From NCBI GenBank assembly GCA_051362555.1, contig CM120646.1, positions 2,914,001 through 2,978,000 of the forward strand: a DNA stretch of 64,000 bases, written 5' to 3'. Below are positions 1-42,200 of this stretch, in pieces (position 1 is the stretch's first letter; each line of letters starts with the position of its first letter). The position numbers and the translations under genes were made by a program. The notes under the pieces were generated by a model. That model was given only the letters and a program-made list of their open reading frames with translations, did not search any database and was not told the DNA's origin. The DNA comes from Lingula anatina (Eukaryota; Animalia; Brachiopoda).

Positions 1-639
1 CAACTTATATTGCATAACTGCACATGACAATCTTCAGACTATTTACATATCATGAAAATAGCATAATTCTTTGTGCATGTACAAAAAGCTTCAGCACTTT
101 GAAAAGAGTGTTTTGCACCTTTGTCCAAATGTGTCTGTGCTTTATCTGGCATTTCTCAGTACCAGCTATAATGAAAGCTTTTTTTCTTATCTGAGCCACA
201 TAACCGTTAATTCCAATGATGAAAATTCCCAGCAATTATACCATATAATTATTCAAATCTATTCTTCTCTGATACATGATTACTTCATCACATGATTGAA
301 TTCAATTTTTTTTTTCAATTCAAGAGAATAGTTGATCTTGGAAACTGCTGGGAAATAAGAAGAAAACTTTAAGTTGGAATTTTGCCCACAGCCTATATTT
401 CCACTTCAAGGGAGATCTGCAAGTGCTGATGCCTGATATTTCAGTCCAACTTCAAATCCAAGACTACCCAGAATTGAAATTTTTGTTTCCTGTTAAAACC
501 CAGTGTCTGTTTCTTACATTTTTTCCCTATTAAAAATCCCTCAGTTCTTCAATCCGTATTTCTAGTCATAACCAAATTGCTGAATTCAGATGTCAGACAT
601 TTCCGATCCAATCCAATGCAGTACTGAATGTAAAGGTGC

Positions 640-1074
640 TTATATTTTAAACTGTTTTAATTCCTCTGGCGTTTCATAGGTCGGAGTGGCGTCCTCCCAA
701 AAGCCATCTTCTGGCTGGTATCCAGGGATGGGCGGGGAGTGTTTGGGTCCTTTGAAGGTGTACGGTGTCAACGTCTTGTCAGGCTGAAAAAAAATTTTTT
801 TTTTTTGTAATATTTCACATTGTATCTGTAATTATGAAATACAGATCTATTTATCTGACAGGCTTTATGTTGCTGTGTTAATTTTTTAATCGCCGTTGCT
901 GCAGTGTAGTGTGCAGCTGCTACTAAGGATTGGACATTTTAAAATGCTTAACATGGCTTTGTCAATAGAAAGTTATTACAAATACAACTACAAAAAAGAT
1001 CGCTGATATGAATGTGGAAGGGTATTTTTTGCCCTTGGGGAAACACTGAATCCAAGAAGGCATGGAAAAAAAAG

Positions 1075-1147
<73 letters not shown>

Positions 1148-4100
1148 GTTGTGTCCTAATTGTACCAAGAAAGAACAAACTCACCTGTATAGCTTTTTGA
1201 TATAATTCTTCAGATTCCTTTTGTAGCTCTTGGAGTGCCCTGTCTCTAGATGCTCTAGCTATGTTAATCGCCTAAAAATTTAATATGAAATATAATAAAT
1301 AACATAGTAAATATAAAAAACATATAACTTGGAAGAGTACAAAGGAAAAGTCTAACTACTACCGAGTGAAGGAAAACATGGCCTTGAAAGTATATAATTA
1401 CAGGTATTTCTCTAAGTGTGAGTGAATGTTATGTGAATTTTTTATTATCCTGTATTTGTTATGTATTGAGCCAATAAAAAAATCTGTTGGAAAGTCATTG
1501 CCAGTAGTCAAAATATGCCACAAGACTGCTGAAGGCCCCAAAATTTGTTGTGAACTATATTCAGACCTACATTCCATAAAGGGCTCCTTAGTTCAAGTAA
1601 CACACTCACTTTATTAACTTTCTTGTGTTCAATAAATCTGTATCTGCTCCAGTCTCGTAGTAAAACAGCACGCGTCTCCTGTGCCTCTGGGGTGATAACG
1701 GACCATCGTGCTCTCGTCCTACAAAACACAATTAATGACGATAATAAAACCAAACAGATGCAGTTTAAAAAAATTCTGAAGTGATTTTCTGATAGTTAAA
1801 GGGATAACAACTCGTCATTTTGGCCAAAAAAATGGATTTTCCTGGGTAAAGGACAATTTTCCCCATACTTCCCAATGGTTATTAATAATAATAATAATAA
1901 TAATAATTTATTAAGATTGCAACCCAGTGGGTTGAAGTTGTATGTAGAGTGTTAAGAAAGTTATAATGAAAATAAAATGAATATATGCTTGAAAAAAACT
2001 GAGTTAAAAGACTGCTAACTGAACTTTAAAATTATTGTACTGAGGATAAAAGACAACATAATACTATTGGAAATTTAAAAGTGCATATGGAAAAAAAGAG
2101 CATCGGAATCTGTCGGTCTTAAATTTTGGCACTTTGTATCTATTGTTTGATCTTAATCCATTTCTACATTCAAAGTCACTCTCTGGTTTTCTGTAATATT
2201 CTCTTAAGAGATTATTACAAAGTGTAGCCATCTATGGAGATCACATGATATGATAGCAAGCACAAATTCTAGAAAAATTGCCTTATCTACAGTTTTTGGT
2301 GGTACAATGAATTTATTATATTTCTATGAGCTGTTTACAATGCATTTATTGTGAAATATGGATAACTAATCGAACAGTTGTTATCCCTTTAATATTTTTG
2401 GTTGTACAATTACTCACAAATTTTAAACATTCCACTGATTAAAAAAGAACCCTTCTCACTTTTCAGAATTTTAACTTTTTTATGCATTTCTAAAAAAAAA
2501 AAAAAAAAAAAAAAACAATTAGCACACTTTTTTGTTCTTGCGATAAGCAATGCTCCTAACAAACTGTATTTAACATTTGTATTGATTATCTCCTAATCAT
2601 TCATCAATTACACGTTAATTTGAAAAGTAAATTTTAAAAAAATCAACAAAGCTTTCCATACATTAGTTGGGACTGCAGCTGCCAGTTGTCCACTTCTTCT
2701 ATAGGTTTTTTCTGACCAGCATTCTTTTCTAATCGTCTCATGAGCTTCTCTCTCTCTTTCGCCAGCTTCTCCTGCCTGGCTGGAGTCAAAATACGATGGT
2801 CTACGTGCACTTTCTTTACTGGTGGCCCTGAACTGAAAAGTTAAGGCAAAGATGGTCTTTTAAAAGTAGTATCCTTGTTCAGAAAGTAGTATCCTTGTTC
2901 AGGAAGGTGAAATTGTGAAATAGAATTTTCAGCAATTTTGCAGTATCTCCCCTTCCCCGTCATATAACTCTGAGATATTTAATATCTTTTCTAAATTTAT
3001 TTTGTGTGGCGACTTTGAGCAACTTCTCAAATAAATTAGTCTGGCAATTCATTTATTAATTTTAAGATGTTTTTAGCGTGAAACTTTCCAATATCACGTG
3101 AGCTGAGGTTATTGCTGGGGCAAAAATTTGCTGAAATCTTGTTGGTCAAAGAACTTGGTTTCTTTAAAAACGATAAAAATTAAGTAAGCAAATTTCCACA
3201 CTAATCTATTTGAATAACAGAGACATTGATCAAAGTTACCACAGAAATAAATTTTTATTTCTATTAGCATTAACAATTACAGTTATATATATATATATTT
3301 TTTTTTTTGGGGGGGGGGGATACTGCAAAAGTACCAATTTTTCATTGTCCTGTGTTGTGTCAGATGATTGAAGTAAAGCAGCTCTTTTTTCCTTACCTGA
3401 CTTGCAAAGAAATTCTAAAGCAGTCTGGTGTGCTCTTGGTAGAAATTGCTCTTGTTATATAGCTTCCTGGGGAACATCGCAAGATAAATAATCTGGAAGA
3501 AAATTTAGAAATATTTGTTATTTTACATAAAGTTAAGCAACACAGTGGTGTGATTTTGTTCATGTAACTGGTAAGTCAAAACTAGTAAAGAAAACACTTA
3601 ATTACCGCTAGTTAGAATGATCTTCCACTAGCACTCATGTTCAAATATTTTAATTAACTGCTGTGTTGTTTGTGCTCTACCCCAGAGTTGCTCAGCTGAA
3701 GATAGCCTAGCAAGAAATTTACATTTGGCCATCTTATTGATGATTTTGATATGTAACGATTAGAGGTGGGGGGTGGGGGGGGGGGGGTTGTAGATGCAGG
3801 TTTGTTAGCTTGGTGATAGAGCACTCGCAAAATAAGAGAGTATCTGTGTTCAATCCCTTGATCTGTGTTCTTATTGACGATTTTGATATGTATCGATTGG
3901 GGGGGGGGGGTGTAGACCCAGGTTTGATAGCTTGGTGATACAGCACTCGCAAAATAAGAGAGTATCTGTGTTCAATCCCTTGATCTGTGTTCTTATTGAC
4001 GCTTTTGATATGTATCGATTGGGGGGGGGGGGGGGGGGGGGTAGACACAGGCTTGATAGCTTGGTGACAATCCCCAGTCGAATCAGGTACTTTCTCCCAA

Positions 4101-4790
4101 TATCACTTCATTGCCATTGGCGACAAGGTATTAAGGCTTCGTTCACATGGAAAGTCTATTTTCTAAAAATCTGTTTTCTATTTGCGGTATCTTATGATCA
4201 CGGTCTGTGTTCTGAATATCCCGCGGCATAATTACTGGCAGCGTGAGCCAGTTACTTATAGTATCTTATAGTAACTGGCTCGTGCTGCCAGTAATTACGC
4301 CGCGGGATATTCAGGGCACAGACCGTGATCATAAGACATACCGCGAATAGAAAATAGAATTTAGAAAATAGACATTGCATGTGAATGAAGCCTACGTTTC
4401 TCACTCTCAGTGGTGTTTTTCTTCTGCTTTGTGTCTTTCTGGATTTGGTGGGGGGATGAAGTCACTGGCAGGGATAGATCCGGCTTCGATAGCTCAGTGG
4501 TTAAGAACTTTAACATAAGCGAGCGTCTGGGTTGGATACCCGGTCGAGTGAATGTATTTTCCCCGTTACAGCACAGCACAAAAAAAGCTGTGCTGAAATG
4601 CTGCATGTGCTGTCAATGCCATTAGACAAGTCACAAACAAAACAGAAAGCATCACATAAAATATTTGCTGATATTAGTCATAAATTATTTCTAGCTTATA
4701 TAAACATGTAGATCTCGATTTCAACTCAACTAAACATTGACGTTACCTTGAAAGTTGCACTGCGGCCTTTTGCTCCGTGGATAGCGCCAT
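640..4790 (-). CDS. MRPL40: 39S mitochondrial ribosomal protein L40 (mL40), 6 coding exons
   Basis: Exons 4790-4747, 3492-3397, 2832-2662, 1718-1610, 1271-1185, 783-640; all GT-AG and phase-consistent. Translation: MALSTEQK... presequence-like N-terminus, then KLMRRLEKNAGQKKPIEE, PEAQETRAVLLRDWSRY, ALQELQKESEELYQKAI, FKGPKHSPPIPGYQPEDG. These match recalled vertebrate mL40 motifs (RKLEK..PIED, EETERRALLLKKWSLY, ALEELQLESPKLHAEAI, GPHYTPPIPNYQPPEG). Confidence 0.9.
1066..1144. repeat. poly(A) plus (TA)n microsatellite
   Basis: Directly visible. Confidence 0.95.
1800..2388. mobile_element. Kolobok-like non-autonomous DNA element (TTAA-flanked), copy 1, interrupted by a LINE fragment
   Basis: TTAA|AGGGATAACAAC...GTTGTTATCCCT|TTAA. 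Body is similar to the copies at 26439, 32681 and 37265. Confidence 0.75.
1881..2158 (-). mobile_element. 5'-truncated CR1/L2-group LINE 3' end
   Basis: Minus strand reads GLRSNNRYKVPKFKTDRFRCSFFPYALLNFQ* (stop 2064-2066), a typical ORF2 C-terminus. It is followed by a 3'UTR hairpin CAACCCAcTGGGTTG, AATAAA and a (TTA)n tail. Confidence 0.7.
3752..4570 (+). mobile_element. TRIM-like element with tRNA-derived LTR-like units
   Basis: Four related tRNA-like units at about 3799, 3921, 4050 (internally deleted) and 4482. Outer ends TGTAACG...CGTTACA. PBS-like TGGCGAC at 4118 and PPT-like GGTGGGGGGA at 4447-4456. Confidence 0.5.
4135..4392. mobile_element. PIF/Harbinger-like foldback MITE, copy 1
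   Basis: Near-perfect 258-bp palindrome GGCTTCGTTCACATG...CATGTGAATGAAGCC, flanked by TAA and TAC. A second copy lies at 46538. Confidence 0.85.
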
Positions 4791-5091
4791 GTTGTAAGTC
4801 GTGACCTTCAGCTTCGGCTTTTTCCGCCATCATAAAGTTTTTTTTTTTTGCAATTCGTCATATATAAAAATATATATGATAAATGTATGAAATATGAGCA
4901 TGGTTTAATTATAATAGTTACTCAAATATATTGAGTTCTATAAACACAATTAAAAAATTATTAAAAACGAAGGGCTACTCGTGACGTCATACATTTTTGA
5001 CCTAGTTTCGTGTTCCCGCCAAAAATAAATAATACGGGAACACTTATTTTTGTCCATCAAAATCTGAAATGGAAATAGAGTCATAAGCAGA
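4791..5091. promoter_or_regulatory. Bidirectional promoter between MRPL40 and POLE
   Basis: Divergent ATGs at 4790 (-) and 5092 (+). CRE palindrome TGACGTCA at 4982-4989. E2F-type site TTCCCGCCAAA at 5013-5023. YY1-like CGCCATGTT overlaps the MRPL40 start codon. Confidence 0.7.
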
Positions 5092-34848
<29,757 letters not shown>

Positions 34849-35868
34849 TCATATTGATTCAGGATTCCCACTGGTGTAAAATTAATTAGAGACTACAAAG
34901 GCTTTTTAAATAAAATTGGTGGAGAAGGATGGGACAATTTTCTTAGAGGAACTTATGAAATTAATTGAATATTGTTGAGATATATATCCAAAGGATAATG
35001 AGGGATTTTTTTGTGTTCATGTGAAAAGAAGATGCACACATAAGAAAGAAATGTCTAAAGCCAAACTTGTTATTATTTTATTATTTTATTTATTTCGTTA
35101 GAATCAGTTAATTTTACTGTCTCCAAATCATGACTTGTCTGTCAAAATGTGCCTACCCCAGATCTTGAGAGTAAATCAGATGAAAAATGAAAAAAATAAT
35201 ATGAACAACCATGTTTCCCAAACACTAACTGTACATTAAGATGTGACAGTACGTGCACATGTACAAAATTACTTCAACAGTGATGTCACTCCTATATCAT
35301 TTGAGTGAATTTTCACAGATTATCATTAATAAACATGATCTTTACTGTTACAGTATTTTGTTTTTTGCCATTTTATTGCATAAAAAACTGCTACGGTTTC
35401 TAATAAGCCTAATTCGGGGTTTGGGTGGGGGGGGTCTTCCATGCTCAGTGCACCGTAGCAATTGCAGTTTCGACATACATAAAAAAATCAGGTTTGCCCT
35501 ATTTCTTCGCAATTATTTGATTTTCGGGTACAAAAATCCACGTAACTGTCCGCTCGGGAAATACACGTGCCTCTTTTAGGCAAGACTTTCGTCGAGTTTA
35601 AAATCTGCATTTTTCATTGTGCGTGTACAACAAATAATAAGTTTTTGTTCTTTAAACGTTCCAAAAGGTATAATGAGTCATTTACAGAGTTTGGAGTATT
35701 TACATTACATCGACGGATTTTGCAAAAATGTGGCGCGAAACTCACGTCGCGGACTATTTTGTTCTAGCGCGTAGGTGTTTTAGTAGTAACAGTAATCACG
35801 CCTTACGCATTGATGTATGATGTCTGATCTGCAGAGAGACTACGAGGGGAAACTGAAACCGCTCTCTC

Positions 35869-36226
35869 TATTCACGGATTTTTACGGTTACCGTTGACCT
35901 GGTCAACCAGAAAAATGACCGAAGAGCTAACATACGCACCGGTGAGTAGCAGTGTGGTGTCAGAATTTACAGTTTGAGTTATGAATTCCGGAAATTTTAG
36001 GAAAAAATATAGTATCTGTCTTGCACTCTGGGAATGTTTGTGGTGATTGTCATACATTATTTACGGATTTTTACGGTGATCGTTGTCCTGAAAACCAAAT
36101 TTATGACCATGGAGTTAACATACGCATCAGTGAGTAGTACTGTTATGTCAGCATTTACAGTTTCAGTTATGAATTTCTGGAATTTTAGGAAAAATATGGC
36201 ATCTGTCTTGCTCTCTGGCAAGGTTC
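35869..36226 (+). repeat. About 188-bp tandem duplication containing the SLC6 first coding exon
   Basis: Two aligned units, each ACGGATTTTTACGGT...ATGACC...AACATACGCA..|GTGAGTAG...TTTACAGTTT..TCTGTCTTGC. Confidence 0.85.
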
Positions 36227-39200
36227 TCTCTCTCTCTGGCCTATGTACCAGTAGACTATGTAGGGTAATTCGTTCTAAATGTACTTGCACAAGTCGTTCT
36301 TACGTGTCTGATATCTTAAAAACACTGCTTTAGTCTGTTGGTAGAGTTAAAACCATTTTTGTGATTCATTTACAGGTTGTTAATGAGAAAAAACACTAGC
36401 GAAATCTCCTCATCGTCTCTTGCATCAGCCTTTAGTGTAGGCAGACTGACCTAAATTAGCTTACAGGTTACTCACACGTACCATGCGTAAAGAGCCTGGT
36501 GTTAAAATCACCACAGCTGTTTAAATCAAATCAGGGCAAAACTTGGTTGGGGTCAAGGCCTATACATTTAATGTGCTAACGTTTTCTTGGCATTTCCATG
36601 GTTTCTCACACTTCATAATAATAATAATATTGGTATCTTTTAGAAATAAAATAAAATAAATATTAAAAAACCTTCCACCTGATACTACCTTCACCCACAA
36701 AGGACATTTTGTTTTTTATCCATGAAATTTGTTTTGTTTGTCTGTCAAACTCTATATTTAGAATGCTGCCTGCATCAGTTTTACATTAAATAATTTACTT
36801 GCAAATATCACTAGGCCTACACATACCACCATGCAGTAATCCTTAAAAAAACCTATTCACAGAGATGAACACATGTTTATGTTATTGAAAGAGAAAGAGG
36901 AAGGGGGATTAAAATTAAAGAATTAAAGACAATATGAAGTTCAAGCCCTGCTGCAATATTTTAAATCATATAATTGTAATTTTTGCTTTTTAAGCCCCCT
37001 CCCCCTCCCCCCCCCCCCCCCCCCCACACACACACCCCTTTCCAGCTCAACATTTATAGAGAAAGGCCACATCAGTATCAAATCATCATGATATATGAAA
37101 ACTCAAGATTCAGAAGATAGATAAAATTAAGATGCTACTTTTCAAGTGCTTGCCAGTACAGTCATTCCAGCCTAAATGTATGCAGTGTTCACATATACCA
37201 TGTGTATAATACCTGTATTGGTCATTATCAAAGCAGCACCATCATATATATTTCAGTAAGTTAAAGTGATAATAACTCTTCGTTTCGGCCAAAAAATGAA
37301 TTTTCTTGGAGTAAACAACAATTTTCCCATACTTACCAATGGTTAATGAATCCATTTTTACATTCAAAGTTAGTCCCTGGTTTTTTTCTGAAAAGTTTGG
37401 TTTTTTGTTAAAATCTCTTAAGAGATTTTAACAGAGAATAGCCATCAATGGAGGTCACGTGGTCTAAAGATATCAGAATAATAGCTATAACAGCCGTTTT
37501 TGTGGGAAAACAGAATATATTATATTTTTATAAGTCATTCACAATGTTTTTATTGTGAAATACAGATTTCATACGAAAGGTTATTATCCCTTTAACAGAG
37601 CTGGGTGTTTGCATGGTCAACACTCGACAAAAAGGGGAACAATGAGATGACATAATATGGAAAGGATCAAATTTCAATTTTATACTGGGAACCCACAAAA
37701 GGAGATTTAGTCGAGGTCTTCAAATTCTAACCTTAAGTGTTGTTCAGTACAATCATGAAATTCCTGAATATAACCCTCTGTCAGTGGAATTATATCAGAG
37801 AGTTCCCATATTACTAGTACTTATAAAACAATTCTTCAATATAAAGGGATTTGAATGATTTGCATTGTGATAATAGAAACTTTGAACGTGACCTGTACGC
37901 TCTATTCATTCAATGAAAAGGTAACTCCATGTATTGAAAAATCTATATGCGGTAGTGATTAAGCAAAATTTCCAAAGTGCCATGGATTTTATTTTGAAGA
38001 GCTTGAGGGGCACCTCAATATTATGACTTGCATTTTTGAAAAAAAAAAAATCAAGAAAAATCCTATTGATTAAGCATGTCCATTTCAAACATACAAAATG
38101 AACAATAAATAACAGTATTTGAAGAATATATCAATGTCATTGTATGTGGCCCATGAAGTTAAATAATTAAATGAAGCACTATGATGGTACTTTAAGTTTG
38201 TTTATCAGTATTCATATAGTGTGTGATCCAGTCTAAACTAGTTCAATTATGACAACTGAGGTAAAAACATGGGACTGTTTTCAGGCCAAATATAGCCAAG
38301 TTGTTTTTGTTATGATTTTAAATCTATTCCAGTCCCACGACTTTGATGTTAAGGAGTGGGCACGACCAAGATAAGATTGCTTTAACAATTTCTTTTCCTC
38401 TCCTTCCCATTTTTTTTTATTTATAAATCCTCTTAAGATTAAGGCCCGTGCATATTAGAGAGTAGGATTTAATATCATATAATTATATAGTGCTGTTCTC
38501 TCTTTTTTAGCCCATGAGCAAGACACAGTTTTAGAAGGCTGTCGTGAACAAACATATTTGGACATTAGATGTATAAGCCTTACTAAAAATCACTGTGATA
38601 ATTCCTCCTTTTTTTGTTACCAATGGGTGAATATCTTGGGTCTGGGTCATTGCCCATTTCAAGGCAACTGTATCATATTTTGTGACATTTTTTCTTCAGT
38701 GTCAAAGCATGCCTCATCACACAATGATTATCACATCAACTTCTGTAAAATCTGCCCCTATCCAGACTGCACTGCCATATTGTACTGTTTGATATCCCAT
38801 CGGGTCATGTTTTTCTCTGTGGTTTTCTCAAGTTCATCAACAAGCCAGGCGGGGTGATGAAGGTCATGACATTTTTACCAGCAGTACACACATACTGTAA
38901 TATGTAGCTGGTGTATCTCATGTTTATATCTAAGCTGATCTTGGAGCTAGCTTTTTCATTCTTACTTCTTTTAAAATGCTTTACATCATTTTCTCTTATC
39001 TCTTGATATTTTTTTCTTATCAAAGGGTAATAATAAGTAATGTTGTTTTTTATTTGTCTCTTAGATTTTCATGAGCAGCTGAAAATTCTGAAATTTGCTT
39101 GTATGTAGGTTAATAAAGAACTCTATGTAATCTGGTATCAAGTCAATAAATCAAGTTGTAAAAGGACTTCAAAGCTATCCACAGAAAGTGCATTGTGATA

Positions 39201-42200
39201 AGGGAAGTTTATATTTGGTTAATAGCTTTTACTCATGAAAGTGAACAGTAGCAGATAAAGAGAAGTGTCCTAAAATATTTTTTTTTTCTTTTTAATGAGG
39301 TAATGACTGCTGAATACTGAAGTACCTGAGAACTTTTAACACTAAATCTGGCCCATTTTAGCAGTGTCTTGCTTTCAATGGAATGTGGCTCAACATTTCA
39401 TTGAAATTGGACTTAAACGCTAACTTACTGGATAAAATTTGAGTAGAATTTTGATCGAAAATTTAGACTTGATTTAAGGCAAAAGTTACATATTAAATTC
39501 AAATTAGTGCAACTGGACTCTGCTGACCCAAGTGTCATATCTGAAGTGTTTTCAGCATCTTAGTTTACTTAAGTTAAATTAATGTTCTTGTATGTTTGTT
39601 GACCTAAACACCTACATTTAAGATTTAATCCACAACCTTTTCACTGTATTTGATAATCATGATAAGACTTTCTTTGGTAAACAAAACTGTGTTATGTCCT
39701 ACCTTGAACTGGCCAGCTCTTAATTGTACTATCAACTGTTATTCAGAATAATTTAATTATTTTTTTAAATGAACATTTAACAAGTTTACTCTTGAAAAGC
39801 AGTTATCGAAATGGAAATTAACAACTCTGGTTAAAAATGTTTAGAGTCAGATTGCTCCAAACTTGCGTCTGCATATTGTGAAAATCCTAGATCTGATATT
39901 TTTTTAAGGACATGCGCACAAATACACAAACACACACACGCACACACACAACAAGAGCATGCCGATGTAGCAACACTGCGTCAAATGGCAATATTTATTC
40001 CTACATGGTGACTCACACTCATCAATGTTTGCATGTCCTTCATTGTTAAAATAGCAATAAATTTCTCATTATCACCTTAATACAGAAAGTTGGAGATGTA
40101 AAGGTCTTTTCACGAAGAGCGTTATATCTTACTAGCATTCTATGTGACATATAGCTGTAGATATTGATAGGTTCTACCATATAACTATACTACAGGATCC
40201 TGAACTCACTCTCAAAAGTTTGCCCCCCACCGTTAGGGAGAAGTTTTACCTGGAACGTGAGCTCTTAAACACAGTAGAAATATGTCCAACTAAAGTTATT
40301 GGGTGGTGTTGGGCTCCTTTTAGGTGTTTCTTTATGTTTGACAGATCAGGGGCGTAACCAGGCATACGCACGGATGCACTGTGCGTACAATTTTTTGAGC
40401 CAACCATGATATTATTCTCCACAAATTCAGTGTATTTTTCACGGAATATAATCGTACCTGGGAATTTTCAAAATCTGTGCGTACAATTTTAAAAGGTCTG
40501 GTTACGCCCCTGCAGATGGGTAATTACATACACGAAGCTGACATTCTCTCAAAGTCTTCTGCTATAAATAAAACACTTAAATATAATGCTTGACGTGAAA
40601 ATGCCTGATGATAATTCTGTAATACTAGTTTACTAGTACTAGAATTTTCCCTTGTCTATATATTAAACAATTGTACCCATTATTGAATAGTTCAGATTGC
40701 GGATATTTAGCATGCACGCAGAAACCAAGAGGAAAAAACTTCTTTAAAACTTATATTTCTCTTGAATTGAAAAATATGAAAAATAACATGAAATTGTTGC
40801 ACCTTCCAGACAACAGAAGAAATCAAGGACCCAGAGAAGTCCCTGACCACGGAGACCTCCGAGGATGGGGATGAGAATCAAGAGCGCGGCAACTGGGGGA
40901 GCAAGCTGGAGTTTGTCTGCTCGTGTCTCAGCTTCGCTGTTGGGCTGGGAAATATCTGGCGGTTTCCTTACATTTGTTATGTGAATGGAGGGGGTAAGAA
41001 GAACACCATCCCCCCCCCCCCCCCCAAGTTGTTTTATGAAAATGCTATTATATAGAAAGAGAATGCGCACAACATGTTAAAAGCAATCTAAATATCTAGA
41101 AATACATGTACATGTATTATGGGATATAGCAAATCAAGTAAAGTGAAATTTTCTCAGAATAAAGAACATCATCTGGCTAAAAGATTAAGTAGAAAAATCT
41201 ATACAAGAGCAAGTATCTCCTTCAGCACAATGTACTTGGTCTTTCAATTTCTCGTATTATATATTATAAGCCTAGCTGAAGAAAGGATCTGTCCATTCCA
41301 GGTGCCTTCCTGCTCCCTTTCACCATCATGTTGGTCCTGGCTGGGATCCCCCTGATGTTCATGGAGTTATCATTTGGTCAGTATGCCAGCCAGGGTGTTA
41401 TATCAGTATGGCAGGCCAGCCCTCTGTTTCAGGGTAAGTATGTCAAGGTCAGGCCGTAGCAAAGGTCATATGAAGGTCAGGTGTTGAGGGCAAGTCAAGC
41501 ACATACTTATTGCATGTTGAAAAGGGTTTAAAGTACATTTTATTACAAATTATTATGATCTGAAAAAATAGAAATGTCATAAGTTTTGTTTTGTTTTTGT
41601 TTTTTCAATCAATGTCTGGTTATATAGTAAGATGTGTGAAGATTCAGGCCCTCCTTATACCTGTGCCATAAAGACAGATGAATAAAAAAAAAGTCCACAC
41701 AGACACTGTATACCTGGCATGTCATCGTCACATTACCGACTACTTCAGCACTTATTAATATCCTTCTTGTCTTTTTTTAATGGCCATTATCTCGAGTCAA
41801 GTGTGTGTAGATTTAGAAAAGACTCCAATTATATCTACAAAGAATTTTAAAGAGCTGGCAGTGAACTTTGATAGCGAGGAATTCTTTTTAAGTGTGTTCA
41901 GAGAAGTGAAGATTTATATGTCTACTCTACTGGTGTCTTCTGTTTAATGAGGGAGTGATTTAGACATACAGTGATCGTTTGATATTTTAGAGGGTGCGAG
42001 TGGCCTTCTGACATTTCTTTTTGATGCATACAGTCCCCCTACACACACCTTTATTAGAACAATTATGAAGAAATAAATACTTTAACTTATGTGTTCTTGA
42101 TTCATAGTACTGTTGTATTTATTATAAGATATAAACTGTTATGAACTGAACAAAATGTTCAAAGAAGATCACTTGTAACTGTACTTAACTTCAGGCTTTT

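Noticed and set aside
2863-2902. Duplicated AAAGTAGTATCCTTGTTCAG containing GTATCCTT, a U12-type donor look-alike
   Set aside because: It is on the strand opposite MRPL40 and is a simple 20-bp tandem duplication. No U12-type junctions were needed for any gene model.
4482-4550. Possible functional tRNA gene
   Set aside because: The anticodon arm and acceptor stem are degenerate and the T-loop is TTGGATA. Treated as part of a repeat.
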